A stretch of DNA of 64,000 nt from the human T2T-CHM13v2.0 reference genome, Homo sapiens. This document shows, one piece after another, positions 39,116-53,444 of the stretch (within the stretch, counting starts at the first letter, position 1; the number at the start of each line of letters is the position of its first letter). Below the pieces are notes generated by a model. It was not told where the DNA came from. It ran no database searches and was given only the letters and a program-made list of their open reading frames with translations. Location: assembly GCF_009914755.1 (NCBI RefSeq), contig NC_060939.1; one strand, written 5' to 3'. The translations under genes were made by a program, and so were the position numbers.

Positions 39116-39427
39116 AAGTTGACCTTCCATATACACAAATTATGTATGATTCGACCAACCACAGGTCAAAAATATTTGGAAAATAGCAATAAAAAATAAT
39201 ACAATAATAAAAAATGCAAATAAAAACAATGCAGTATCACTATTTACATAGCATTTACATTGTATTAGGCATTAGAAGTAATCGACAGTGATTTAAAGTA
39301 TATGGCAGGATGTATATAAGTTGTATGCAAATACTCTGCCATATTATATAAGCAACTTGCGCATCTGTGGATTTTGGTATCCACAGGGGTCCTTTAACCA
39401 ATGGCACAGATACCAAGGATGACTATA
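39116..39427 (-). mobile_element. MER2 (TcMar-Tigger)
   Basis: ctatttacatagcatttacattgtattagg...gtggattttggtatccacaggggtcc...gataccaaggatgacta. Confidence 0.85.
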
Positions 39428-39939
39428 CATGACAACTTCCATGACTCTAGTTTTCTCACAGTTATTTTCTCTTTTTTAACTGTAAAAATTAAGGCTTCAT
39501 TTATACACACAAAAACAAGTATTTTTTTACGAAACTGTCTTCTTGTGTTTATTTTGCAAAGATGAGGAAGTTTTAGGGTTTTGTTTTTCACCTATTGCAA
39601 AAAAAATCCTTATCAAAGAAAACAAATAAGGAATACCCAAGGGTCACGAATTCTAATGTATTTGAATAGTTGGCTTCGGGACCTTTTATTACCACATCAG
39701 TCCAAATGAGTATAATAAAAGGAGAGAAAAGTGTGCCACACATAAGAAGGAAATTCTATTTTATTTGACACTCATGCAAGCCCTGTACAGAAATTGTCTC
39801 TTTGCGAAAGCATTTGCATTAATAAAGCAAAAATATGAAAACCATTTCAGATGGATTGTTAAAAATCTGAAAGGGACATGAGCTTTGCATTTTAAATCAA
39901 AAGTATACAGTGCCATGAATTATCCAGTTACTGAAGAGC

Positions 39940-40540
<601 letters not shown>

Positions 40541-41709
40541 GAGAGAGCGAGTATAAGAATTATTGACTGTATGTGATTGCTCTCCAAAGAGGAAAAAAAA
40601 AAAAAAAAGATGATCCTAGACAAGGTATTGTTTAAGTGTGTAGGTATTTATGTGGGTAAATGATGCATCTGTGAAAGGTTTGGCTACGACAGAATTTGTG
40701 TGTACTTTCTGCCTACTGGGACTCTGAGTTGTCTATGATGGAAAAGTAGATGTTGGAAATAAAAGACTGTACACCCAGTGTTGTATAGGCTGTACACATT
40801 TCTTTATTAACACCTTACTCTCTTTCTCCTTTATGGAATTCAAACCCCAGCCCTCTTACCTTCTCCCAACAGCTCTATGACTTCTAGACAGCATTGCACA
40901 TATGTTGAGAAGTATTTTCGATCTCCTTAGCAGCTTCAACTGAACTGCTAAGAAACAGCTGGTTTGGGCATACATGCTTTTTTACACCTGAATTTCTAGT
41001 CACGTGTTAGCCCAGGGCCAAGACTTGCAGCAGCAAACTTAGCTCCCAGGCATGATCGTTAGCAGGAGTGAGCTGTTGCCTTCTATGAGCCCAACAGTGA
41101 GTTGCTTGCCAAAGTCATCACTCCACCTTGATCTCCTGGTTAGTCGAGTTCAGTCAAGATTTCCCTCAGAAGCTGGAGCTCGTTACTGTTTCTCCAGTCT
41201 CTTCCAAGGTTACCTACCTTCTCTGGCAGAGGATAAGGAATTCATCATCTTTCAGACTGCAGTCTGTTGCTTGGAGGCTTGGAGGAAACTGGCTGAGAAA
41301 ATCATAGTTAGTAGTTGATAACAGGCCAATGAAAATTAGCGAGACTAAGGGGACTACGAAAAGTAGTTGCTAATGGGACAAAGTTTTACTATGTCTTCCA
41401 TGATGAAATTCAACCTCTTCATGGCCTCTTTAGGAAGGGGTCAGTAAAAACTTCTACTATTTTTAAAAGTTGCCACAAACAAAGTTTGATTTGCTTTGAA
41501 TGTGACACCATAACAGAAGTAGGCTTTCAGGAAAGAGGAAAATGGCCAGTTTTGTATTTTTGGTTTGGTTCTGTTTCTTTGTATTTTTTTCCCACTTTAG
41601 AACATACAGGAATGTTGTAGAACATTCTCTCTTTCTTTGAGAAACATTTAGCACGGTTTCTAAATATACCCTGCAGAGTTAAATTCCTGTGTTTGGTTTA
41701 GACTGAGAT

Positions 41710-41878
41710 CTGTTGACCTAAGGCAAGACTTCGACAGATTCAGTTTTTTCACCTGTAAAATGGGATGGTACCTACCTCTTAGGGCTGAGCTAGAGATTAA
41801 TTGAGTTAATCTATATAAACACTTAGAACATTGCCTGGCACAAAGCAAGAGCTAGATGCTGTGTAACTATTAGTTACT
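41710..41878 (+). mobile_element. MIR SINE
   Basis: cacctgtaaaatgggatggtacctacctc...cacttagaacattgcctggcaca. Confidence 0.85.
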
Positions 41879-42044
41879 CTTAACATCTCCCTCTCATTTG
41901 AGTTCATTTCCTCCAACTGATATTTCACTGGGCATCCATTTGGTATGGTCCTGATAAGATGTCTCGTCTAATTCCTTGTCTCTTCTCCCTTAATTGAGTT
42001 GATTCTCAAGGTTAATGCATTTTTATTGATTTATTCTTGGGAAC

Positions 42045-42170
42045 ACAGAAGACAGTTCAGAGAATATTCAAACTAGGAGAAACAATTTTGGCCCCAGTGT
42101 AGCCTGCTGGGTGACCTAACCCTTGCTGGGCTTTAATCCTCTGTCTGTAAGATGGGGATAATACTTAATT
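42045..42170 (+). mobile_element. MIR fragment
   Basis: gctgggtgacc...tctgtaagatggggataatact. Confidence 0.55.
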
Positions 42171-42799
42171 GGCACTCTTTCAGTGCTTAGATGGCTAACA
42201 ACAACAATAAAAAGCTGAGTAATTTGTAAATATAAAGAGTTAATAGGTACTTCATAACTGAAATCAGACTGTCCTAAAAGAGCAGCTCATTTATTTGAAA
42301 AACCATACAATCCGAGGAGGTTTTTGCCTGACCTAGGCAAGCCACCCTCTGACCGAGGCTCTAAAAGGACTGCCCTGGAAAGCAAAGGAGGCTGGACCAG
42401 CAAAGCAATAGGCTGGTGCCATGGCAACACTTTCAGAAGAGACTTGCCTGTGGCTCTGCCTACACAAGCCTCTGAAAAGTAAAGCATTCAATCAATGAGT
42501 TGCATTGTCCACTGGACACTTCAGCCGATCAATGTGGCTGATCTCGTCACTGAATTAATTGGGTCACTTTTGTGTGATGTAGCTTTAGGGATTTTTGTGT
42601 GTTTTTCCCATTATAGAAATAGTAGAGTTAATCTCCAGTCTGTATTTAGCTTCACGTTTGACCTTTGCCACCTCTCTGTGTTGGAAAGGGCAAAAAGAGG
42701 AACATAATGGAATAAGAATAATCTCAGAAATAAGTGTATGGTGCAGCCAGAGTTGAATGACTGCTACAATACAGAATAACTTCATAGGTAACATTGAAC

Positions 42800-42930
42800 A
42801 TGTTAACTGAGTGTAAATATCAGATTCTTCATCTATACAGTAGGGCTATAATAGTAACTTCTTAGGGAGGTTTTGAAGATTCAGAGAGATGATATGTGTG
42901 ATTAGGCTTTGTGAAATATGTAGTAGTCAG
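42800..42930 (+). mobile_element. MIR fragment
   Basis: tcttcatctatacagtagggctataatagtaac...gaagattcagagagatgatatgtg. Confidence 0.6.
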
Positions 42931-43542
42931 ATATTATAAAAGGAGCTGCTCTTTATCCATCTGGGTCACTTTCCAGAGGGAGGTAAAGCTGGCATTTCTG
43001 GAGTTGAACCTATGGGCCAGAAGGGCTGTGAACTGGTGCACTTTTGGGTAAAGGATAATTGAGGAGGAACTCAGCCGACGTTGCAGGATTCAAGCACAGG
43101 CAGTTGTGCAGGCCAGGTAGTTTCCAAGGCAGTAGCACCCTGGCAGAAAGAGCCAAACCACTAAGGGAAGACCTGTGCTAGTCATCATTTAGGCTAGACA
43201 AAAACGACTTGCTTGCCTTCTTGTTTCCTTTCCTCTCCTTTGGAGGGAATTAGGCTCCTCACTTGTGTGTGTGTTGGTTGAGTGGTGGAGGAGAGCATTA
43301 TATTCATCTTCAAACCTTTAGTTAAAGCAACGCAAGAGGGTGGGGTTCTCCACACCCATAGCTGACATCTGCTTTGACAAGCAGTGGAATGGATGGTGGC
43401 ATTAGATGACAAGTCGCACTTGGCCAGTGGGCCTGCAGGCCAGAGCCCAGGTATGAGGACGTGTTCCTTGGTCCTAGATAAAATAAGTGGAATAAGTACA
43501 AAGTAGTGAGCTTTAGCCAAGCTAAATTTCTTTTCTTTTTAG

Positions 43543-43725
43543 CAGTGTTCCTTAAAGTGTGGCCTACAGACCAGCAGCATCAGTATCACTAAGGAACTTG
43601 TTAGAAAGATGAAATTCAGGCCCACTAGACCATATGAATCAGCATCTTGGGGAGAGGCCCAGAAGTCTGTTTTTAACAAGCCATCATGGTGATTTGGTTT
43701 GCTCGCTAAAGTCTGAGAATCACTG
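43543..43725. mobile_element. MER5A (hAT-Charlie)
   Basis: cagtgttccttaaagtgtgg...gaccagcagcatcag...gaacttgttagaaa...gagaatcactg with both TIRs. Confidence 0.88.
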
Positions 43726-44706
43726 ACTTAATGGAGTGCTCTTTAGTGTGAATTTGAGGCACCAAAATGAAATGAAATTACTTTTAAAAATGAAATGATG
43801 ATGAAAATGAATGGAATTTTTGTCCATGTTATAACATCCTTACTTGGAAAACTATAAGACTAGCAACCCTATGTCATGTTTATTGCCCTCAGAAATCCAA
43901 AGGTCAAAAGAAAAATTTCCTTCAGAGACCTTCCAAAGCTTAGATTTTATTATTTTAATTGATTTTTGTCTCCCTATTCACATTACATCTGCTGTTCAAT
44001 ACAGGATGTGACTGAAAGGATGTGTCTTAGAAAAGGGGTTGCGGTGACAGTGGAACCAGGGGTTACAATATGACACCCCAGCCTGAACTCACCACTTGAG
44101 ACATGGTTCTAGCAGGTCATAGCACAGTGATCCTCCCATCTTTTGCCCAGACAGCAAGCTTCTGTTAATGTCATCTAAGACTGCACTCCCTTCCTAAAGG
44201 GCAGTCTCACAAGATCAGCACCTTCTGCATGCCCACCCTGTGCACATGCAGTGAATGTTTTTGAATTTTTTAAATGGATATGTCCATTTGCAAGCGATCT
44301 CACACCTGGGAGTGCCAAGCAGGGAGAGTCCCTGAGTGGAGGGCATGTGCCCAGGCTCCTCACACCCTCTGGAGGCAGGGGAATGAGAGTATCTGCTTCA
44401 GCATGTCAGCACTTGGTTCACTTTATTCTCAATATCAAGACAATGGGGACTTGTAATTTCAGGGCACAGGGGAAATAATAACTAATATTTAAAGTTTAAA
44501 AATTAAGATGAACATGCAGCCTCTGGTGACTTATTGATCTGGTCCTGGGATATTTTTTAAAAAGCAAATCAGCCAGCTGTGCTGACACTCCGTATATTCA
44601 TCTTCCTTACTTCATCATCCTGTCAGTGTGTCATGATCTAGTGGGTACTAAAGGCAGTAAATTAGGAAGTGGTCGTTGTGGCTGAGGGGTTTCACTTGCC
44701 TTTAAA

Positions 44707-44744
44707 ATATATATATATATATACACACACATATATATATATAT
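44707..44744. repeat. (TA)n(CA)n(TA)n microsatellite
   Basis: Seen directly. Confidence 0.9.
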
Positions 44745-45699
44745 TCTTTGTGCAAATATTTTATTGTGAGTGTGGGTTTTTTTTAACCTTTGGATTAGTG
44801 GGGTTCAGAGGAATATGTCTTAGCTACTCATCTCTCCAATGTGGCAGAGGGAAGCTGAGGCAGGTAAGACTCCAATCTGTCCCCAGGCTGGGGTCTAGTG
44901 ACCCAGGTTAAATGCCCTGGTGCATTCCACCTGTGACCCAGCTCTTGACAGCACGGAATCCTGCCTTTGTAAAATAGGAGATCCCTAATGAAGAAGAAGA
45001 ACACACAGGGTGATATGAAAAAAAAACCCTGTGTTGCATACACAACGGGCATATAGACTCATAGAGATGGGCTCTTACATCCTTGTTAGTTCACAGTCAG
45101 TGGTGAGAAAATAGCCTAGAACTAACCTACCCTGTTAAAGTTCTAGATGGTAGCATTTTCTCAAACTTCCCCTAGGTGAACACATGTGCATGCATGCTCA
45201 AGCACCCACTACAACAGCAGGTGAGAACCCCACCAACTAAAACATGCAGTGCTCACTTGCATCATAGATGCTTGTCTCTGACTTTTTGCTAAGTAGAACA
45301 AAAGGATCGCCAAATGTCATAAACTGCAGTCACGATCAGAAATAGAAACGTAGGAGTTATAAGCACTGTATGTCCAAACTCTTCCCCCAGGACAGATTTT
45401 TTTTTTTAATTTTAGTTGAATTAGCTAAATACATAAGCCCGGTGAATCAACAGTGATGACTCACTTTAGATCTTCCTTGGCAAGGAAGTCTAAACCTGTG
45501 CAAAGAGAGCAGCTGTGTCTGGTAGAGCCAGTTTGGGGCTATGGGCAATTTCCGGGGTCCCCAGAGTGCCTGAGTTCATAGCCACACTTTACGTCACTTT
45601 CACCTGCAGCTCTTGCAAGCTCCTGAATCCCTCTGTGCCCTAGAGCATGAAAAGTGGTAAAGGTCTTCCTCCACACCCACAGCCCCACCCTCTCTGCAC

Positions 45700-45920
45700 A
45701 GGAGATCCTGATTTGGCTGTCAGCTCTACATCTTCCCTTTTATGTGGCTCTAAGGACTTCACTTAATCTTTTTGCCTCAGCTTTCTCACCTGTCAAACAG
45801 ACATAATTCAATCAATTCCACCTTCTTCACAATGTTGTTATAAAGAGCTACCAAGGTAGTACATATAGAAGACATATAGAAGCACTTTGTAAGCATGAAG
45901 TGTCTTATGAAAGCTATTAT
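45700..45920 (+). mobile_element. MIR SINE
   Basis: cacttaatctttttgcctcagctttctcacctgtcaaac...agcactttgtaag...agctattatt. Confidence 0.7.
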
Positions 45921-46256
45921 TGGCCTTCAAGCACAACACTTTAACCCCATCCCTAATTTTCAGAGGCTATGAAAGCTAGTGGTTGCTGTCTCCTAAAAGT
46001 GTGGGATAGTAACCTGGAGGGTTCCGTTCATGAGGAGGAAGTCCCTGGTGGCACTACTGAGAGGGGTGATTGAACAGGACCAAAAACTCACCTAGGACTC
46101 ATCAGGGTAGATTGCTGGTGGTTGAGGTTATAAATAACTTACTGACCAAAACTTTTTGAGGTAGCTTTAAATCAGTGAGTCTTTTGAATCTATGCATATG
46201 CAGGTGAAACCCAGCCAAAAAAAAAAAAAAAAAAGAAATGAAAATATGGGAGGGAT

Positions 46257-46269
46257 TGCTGACTCAGCT
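46257..46269. promoter_or_regulatory. T-MARE (Maf/AP-1) motif
   Basis: TGCTGACTCAGCT, 12/13 match to TGCTGACTCAGCA. Confidence 0.35.
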
Positions 46270-46559
46270 ACCTTCATTCACAGAGAGTCTCAAAACGTGG
46301 GAATAACAGTAACCAAAGTTCAGCTTCCTCAATTGCAAATAAAGCTGAAATTCTGTCTGATTTCCATGAGGTTTCCTCTAATGTTACCTCTCTCCTCAGC
46401 ATGGAACCGGAGTATGCTAAAGCCAGGAAATTCAGCCTATCCAAAGGAAGCATCACAGAAGCCACTGTAGAATCAGCCAAATCTGCAGGAGTTCAGTTTG
46501 TCTTTAGCGTCCTTGACCTTTTAATGCATCTCTTCAACTTTGCTTCTCCTTGCTCCTGA

Positions 46560-47030
46560 TATCCTCTTAGGAATTCTGCAGAAGCCGACCCCAAAACCAC
46601 CATTTGGGTATGAGCAAGTTACTAAGAAAATACTCCTAGGGCACACCAGTAAGGGAGAGGGGGTTGCAGGACAGGAAAGGAGAAGTCAATCAAGTGTGTG
46701 ATTTTGGCCAAAGTCCTAGCTCAAGCATGATCCCCAAGGGGAGCTCTGGAGCATAAATTACATTTTAGCATTTGTTCCACTGAAGGCTTGGGAGCTCAGC
46801 TTTCAAAGGCGTGCAGGGGTTGGTATTGACAAGGCCACCTGAGGGGTTTGTAAACTCTCAGAAACTTCTGGCATTCTGCAAGAGCAGTTCCAGAAGTCCT
46901 TGGAAAGTCCCCTCAAGAGAGTTGCGGGCATGGCCCTCAGAAGTTAAAAAAACACAAGCTGGGGAAAGAGTGCATGGAATCAGTAGGAAGGATCCCAGGG
47001 AATCTAGAGAGAGCTCAACCAGTCCACTAC
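46560..47030 (-). mobile_element. Old ERVL LTR (LTR16-like)
   Basis: cagaagccgacccc...caccagtaagggagaggggg...gacaggaaaggagaagtcaat...gggagctctggagcataaatta. Confidence 0.6.
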
Positions 47031-47319
47031 CCACTGTAGTGACAACCCTCTTTCTTTAAAACTGCCCTTCTCTTCCCCCCTCCCTCTCCTGAAGCCCTGT
47101 CTTCAAGTCAAAATAGTGATGTCAAGTTTCTATCTGTGTGAAAGGCATAAGTAGCTTTATTTGTAGAGTTTTGTCCATGCTTCTTATCATGGTCCATGAG
47201 CCCCTCACCATGCTGGTCCTGCCTTCCAAGGCCCAACTATTGCCCTGCCCAGTCTCAGCCTCATGTGTTAGCTGGGTCTTCTGTTATTTGTAGCTAAAGT
47301 AATGATACTGATCACCACA

Positions 47320-47460
47320 CAACAGTGAACATTCATTGAGTGCTTATTTCTGTGCTAGTTTATGGACTTTACCTAAATTAACTCATTTATTCCTCCCAAT
47401 AACCTCTTTTATATAGGTAAAATTATCATCCTTATTTTACAGGTAAGGCAACTGATACAA
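47320..47460 (-). mobile_element. MIR SINE
   Basis: aacattcattgagtgctta...aactcatttattcctcccaataacc...attttacaggtaaggcaactga. Confidence 0.8.
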
Positions 47461-47855
47461 AATAATGTTTGTTGTCAGTAGTAAAATTTATCTTGATTTG
47501 TAAGCCAATGGAATAATTAGTTTTAGAAAAATACTAGGATGCATCATCAAGCAAATAATTAGCAACTGCTTGGAAAATGAGAGTGGTGTTGATACTACCA
47601 GCAGTAGTTTGTGAAGAGCAGGTAAGTCAGATCAGTTTCATTTTCTCCCATAATAGAATGGTAGCCATGACAGACATGGGAAAAGGTACGGATGTTATGT
47701 ATCTTCTTTCATGTACTCAATAAAATATTTTCAAGGGCTTCTGTGAGGTAATGGAAGGAAACAAGAAACAGACCTATGTCCTGTTTCAGAGTATTTTGTA
47801 GCCCAGAAGGAAAAATAAGACATCCATATAGATCATTGTGATATACCTGTGCTTC

Positions 47856-48350
47856 AAATCTTGCCCTCTCTATAATCCATTCTTCACACTGAAGGGAAAA
47901 TAGTTTTTAATTTTCCCATGAAACGAACTGAGAATGTCAGAATCCTGCTTTAAAAATCCTTCGATGTGTCCCCACTGGAATCAAAGTCTAGGCTCCTGAC
48001 CCTGGCTGACAAAACTCCCCGTGAGCTGGCCCTGCCAGTCTCTCCAATCTCCTGTCCCACCAGTTCTCCTGATCCCCCTCTGTCATTCAGAACTGCCGTC
48101 CGTACCCAGGAGAAATATGATCTGTCCTCACCTTCAGACCTTTGCACCTATTGTCTAGAACGTTCTTCATGCCCTTTTTGACCTGGTTTACTTGTACTTG
48201 TCCTTCATATCTCACTCAGCATAGACACTGCGTGTTCTTGGAAGACTTCCTTATCCCCCAAGGCTGTGTTAGGAGCCGTACTTGCATGCTTCCCTAGCTT
48301 CAGGTATTTGCCCATATGCTCACACTTATTCTACTGCCTTGCACATTTCT
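47856..48350 (+). mobile_element. L2 fragment
   Basis: aatccattcttcacactg...cctgctttaaaaatccttc...gacctttgcac...ttcttggaagacttcc. Confidence 0.75.
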
Positions 48351-48469
48351 ATTAGCCTAGGGGAATAAGATAAAAAGAGTTATTAATGGTGTTGACCTGA
48401 GAAGCTCTATCAAACACTTTCTGGTAGGACTGTGTCATTTTTTATTACCTCTGTGAAAAACTTACAAAT

Positions 48470-48760
48470 ATAGTCATCCAATTTGTACATAATGTGAAAA
48501 TAGATGGGGTTACCGGAATTCTAGATATGGGGAAAAATAGAAAGTGTTCTTGAAAGATTAGAAAATGATTTCATCAACAAAGCTGAAATGTAATATGGCA
48601 AATGCCAGGTCATCCTCCAAAGAACACAAATCTTGTAACACAAATATAGGATGGCTAAGCAGAAATATAGTGGAAAAACACTTAGGACAGATAACTAACC
48701 ATGAGATAAATGTGAGTCAGCAATGAAGTGCCATTACAGGAAGAAAATGCAGGACAAATT
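48470..48760 (+). mobile_element. CR1/L3 LINE RT-region remnant
   Basis: Decayed CR1 peptides in the expected order: LERLE, KCQV, HKYRM, EKHLG, NVSQQ (consensus LDRLE..KCKV..HKYRM..EKDLG..LNMSQQC). Confidence 0.7.
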
Positions 48761-49468
48761 CATATTTCCCAGATGCATTAAATGAGGCTTGATATATTTG
48801 GCTGGGAAGGGAATTTTACCTCCACCATGGCTTTAGCAGAGTAAGGCATCTACTTTCAGTCACCAAGTGATAAACTAATGAAATATATTTTGTCAAATTA
48901 GTGAAGAAAATGAGATAATTTCACATAGACTGGAGAAGGGAATTATTGTTTCTGAGACTCAAACAATGCGGCTACATCACACTTTTAAACTGTTTTCCAA
49001 TTAACAACATGCTGCATTAATGAACATCCTCTCCTTCAATTTTTACAATACGTTACAGGTTAACCATGATTATCACCATTTTAGAGATTTTTTAATAAGA
49101 AAGCTGATTTTTTTTTATGTTCAGAAAAGACCAAATGAAGTTAAGATTCTGGTTGACAAATCACTTTTCTCCCAAAGATTTTTTGGGGGGAGAAAACCTT
49201 GCTCATGGAGAGGAATAAAAATTCTGAGCCAAAACCCAGTACCCAGCTTATGGCCTAATTGTTATATGCTATGATAATTGTTAAGGGGTTGAAGTGAATG
49301 AATGCATAAATACAGGAGTGATAAAATATTTAGACGAGTTATTACTGAATGTTGAAAAATAAGAAGAAAATAGGCAATCATCTGCCATGTGTGGTTTAGA
49401 TGGGTGGGCTTCACATTTTTTATGTTCCATCTTTATCAGTAAAATGCCTATTGAAAATATGCACAACA

Positions 49469-49748
49469 GGACTGGGTGCGATGGCACATGCCTGTAATCC
49501 CAGCACTTTATAAGGCTGTGGCAGGCAAATTGCTTGAGCTCAGGAGCTGGGCAACATGGTGAAACCCCGTCTCTACAAAAATAAAAATTACAAAAAAAAA
49601 TTAGCCAGGCATGGTGGCGTGTACCTGTAGTCCCAGCTACTTGGGAGGCTGAGGTGAGAGGATCGCTATACCCCAGCCTGGGTGACAGAGCCTGACCGTG
49701 TCTCAAAAATATTAATAATAATAATAATAATAATAAATTTTGAAAAAA
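49469..49748 (+). mobile_element. AluJ with two internal deletions
   Basis: ttgcttgagctcagg and gaggatcgc J diagnostics; (AAT)n tail; perfect 16-bp TSD gaaaatatgcacaaca at 49453-49468 and 49749-49764. Confidence 0.93.
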
Positions 49749-51419
49749 GAAAATATGCACAACAAATAGGAATGTTTATTTATTTATGAATTATATGCAT
49801 GATTACGTACTGTTAAACTTTATGCAACATTTACAAAAACTTAATTTAAAAGGGTGTGATAAAATATAGATAAATATGACTTCACTATTTTCTTCCTGTA
49901 TTCCAATACGATCACTTTCATAATCCTAAAGTAACCATATCTTATTTTGAAGGCCATTACTTAAAACATTTTCTAGCTGAAGATTTCTCAGGGCTTGAAG
50001 AGACCAGGGATTATGAAAAGCCAGGAAGGGGGCCTGGGGCAGGTGAATGAGATTGAGCCTTAGTAGACTTTTAAAATATATAACTTGTGCCCAATTTATA
50101 GGCTTTCTAGGCAGGTAGAGTTGGAAGACTTCTTTGGTCAGGAATGACTGATAAGACTTAAGGTCCTAGGAGGGCATAAGCATTGCTCACCTAAGAGTTG
50201 TGAGATGTGCATCACAACCGTGTGGGCTCTACATGAAATCAGGGGTCTGTCTAAGGAAACTTCCCCAAATGTCCAAGGACAGAAGAGCAGACACAGAGTT
50301 CCCTGGATGTGCTTACTAAGACACTATGGTTTGTGGTTTATTCTTTTATGAGAATGTGAGTTCCCTGAGTGTGTGGCTGCCCTTCCATGGGCATGTCACT
50401 GCTACTTCCACTCAGAAGTGCTCTTCTTAATCAAAGTGGCCAGTAACCTACATGCTTATCTGAGTGTGGACTTTCTGAATTCCTGTTGTCATTGGCTTCC
50501 CAAAGACTTGGAGAAACTGAGGACATTCCATGAAGCCCTACGTTTGTCATCCTATAAAAACAAAAAGAGTTTTCAATGTCTTTATTTGACCAAGAAAACA
50601 AGAAAAGTATATTAAAGAAGGGCTCTGAAAAACAGTGGGATTGTTATTGTTGCTGCTGCTGTTCTTATTTTTATGTTTTTCTGTTGCCCTTCTACACAAC
50701 ACCTTTGTTTCTGAGCTTTTCCTTGTCCATTCTGTACTCTTTTAATTTTGAAATTGAATAACAAGTCCCCTTGTTTGATAGAGTGTTAAGCAAGTAAAAT
50801 GAAGTCAGCCTTGAATTATCTACCAAAAAAGAAAAAAAAATTCAATGCTTTGGCTAATGGGGATGTTCCAAAATGCATGCAGTTTTGTGTGTATGGAATG
50901 TTCTGAATTTAATTTAATTTCCTAATAGTTACAATCATTTGACCGAGAACAGGAGGCACAAAGGAACACTAACAATAGGGATGTCATATGAAACAAGAAA
51001 GAGAGTATCGTACCAAAGAAGTTTAATTTACAAATGCAAGTTGGTGAGCAAGAGAGAATGTGACCCATCACCAGAGCCAAGCCTTCCTTGTTTGGTACAA
51101 GAATGGTAATTAGTGGGACAGCCTTCTCAGATGGCGGCCCTGACTTGCTAAGCATTTACTACCCATCTTCTCCCAACCTGGTAATATGATTGAAGTAGGA
51201 GGAGTGGGAGGAAGGATAAGGAAACAAAAGCCAGTTCATCTTTGCCTTTAACATGATTATTCCCAGATCCATTCCCAGATCTCCATCTCAAATGCTGCTT
51301 TGAAATCAGTCTAGATCTTAAAGGAACACCAGAGGGAGTATTTAAATGTGCCCAATAAGCAAGAATTATGGTGATGTGGAAGTAAGTAAACAAATCAGTT
51401 GATTAATTTTTTTAGTTTG

Positions 51420-51620
51420 GCCAAGGTTAAAATTCTAACCCTGCCTCTATCAATCAAGTTTCCTAAATCAATTTAGTTCCCATCTCTGAGCCATCACTGT
51501 TTCTTATCTGTAAAATGGGATAATAATCACAGAGATATGGTGAGAATTTATGCTATAGTACGTGAAAAGCATTTAGCTAAGTGCTAAATGTATAATAAGT
51601 ACTCAATAAATGCTCTCACT
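51420..51620 (+). mobile_element. MIR SINE
   Basis: tttcttatctgtaaaatgggataataat...taagtactcaataaatg. Confidence 0.85.
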
Positions 51621-53444
51621 TGCATTTGATTATTTTTAATTAAACTTTTCATTTCAAGACAATTGTAGATTGACACACTCTTGTAAGAAATAGTGTAGAG
51701 ATATCTCCTGTACACTTTACCCAGTTTCCTTTAATAATATCTTACAAAAGTATAATGCAATATCTAAATCAGTGTCAACACTGGTGCTGTCAAGATAAGA
51801 GTATAGCTCCATCACTGCAGGGACTCCTCCTATTACCCTTCTATAGACATATCCAACCCTCCCTCCCTGACCACTGACCCCTGACTCTGAGCAAACACAC
51901 TCACCTGCTATTTTTGTCATTTCAAGAATGTTGTATAAATAAAATCATATAGTAAGTAACTTTTTGAAACTAGCATTTTTCACCCATGAATATTGCCTGA
52001 AGAGTCCTCTTTATCATTGCATGTATCAATAATTTGTTTCTGTTTCACTGCTAGGTACTATTACATGCTATTAGCCTACCCCTCTGCTAATCCCACACAC
52101 TAGATTACATACTATGGATATGATATACCATGGATTGTTTAACCATTCACCCACTGAAAGACATCTGGGTTGTTTCCAATTTGGGGCTATTATAAATAAA
52201 ACTATTATAATACTATTATTATAAGATAAAACTATTATGGGCATTCATACATGGATTTTATGTGAACATTTTTTTCATTTCTTTGAGATTAAGGCACTTG
52301 CAGGGTTATATGTGAGTTGTATGTTTAGTTTTCTTTATAGAAACTGCCAAGTTGTTTTACAAAAGAATAGCTATACCATTTTCTATTCTGACCAGCAAGG
52401 TATGTGATCCAGTTTCTCTGCATCCTCACTAGCATTTGGTGCTGTCACTATTTTTTATTTTTGTCATTCTGATGGGTGTGAAATGATAGCTCAGCGTAAT
52501 TTTTATTTGTATTTCCCTAATGGTTAATGATGTTAAACATCTTTTCATGGGCTTTTTTTCTAACTATATATCCTCTTCAGTAAATTTTCCCATTCTCTAG
52601 TGGGATTGTTTGCTTTTGACAGTTTTTAATTGTTTTGACATTTTTAATATGTTCTAGATGCTAGTCCTTTGTCAGTTGTATGTATTGCAAATATTTTCTC
52701 CCAGTCTATAACTTGTCTTTTCATCCTCTGTACAAGGTCTTTTGCAGAGCAAAGCCTTTTAATTTTGAAGAGGTCTTTTCTTCTTTCATGGCTTGAACAT
52801 TTAGTGTCAAGGCCATGAATTCTTTGCAGAATTAATTCAAGGTTTGGAAAACTTTGTCTTATTTTTTATAAGGGTTGTAGTTTCACATGTAAGTCTGAAA
52901 TTCATTTTGAGATAATTTTTATAGAAGCCGTGAGTTTTAGATCAAGATTCTATTTACTTACTTAGCCTATGGATGCCTACTTGCTCCAGCACATTTGATG
53001 AAAAGCCTGTCCTTCCTCCATTGAGGGAGCACCTTTGCCAAGAATCCATTGAGCATATTCATGTGGGTCTATTTTTAAGTTCTCTATTCAGTGTCATTGA
53101 TCTATATGTCTGTCCCTCCTCTAATACCACACACTCTTGATTACTGCAGCTACATAATAAGTCATAAAATTGAATAAATCGATTCCTCCCAATATATGGT
53201 AGATCCTAATGTTGGAGATGGTGACTCTTTCCACCTTATTATGCTTTTTCAGTATTATTTTAGCTAGGCTAAGGCTTGTGCATTTTCATGCAAATTTTAG
53301 AGTAAGCTTATCTATGACTCTAGAAAACTATTGCTAGAAGCTAAATGGGAATTGCATGAAACCAATAGGTCAATTTAGAAAGAATTGATATTCTTACTAT
53401 GCTGAGTCTTCCAATTCATGAACATGGTATGTCTCTAGATTTAA

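Noticed and set aside
49380-49960. Possible hAT-Charlie remnant around the AluJ
   Set aside because: Too degraded to name or bound by eye
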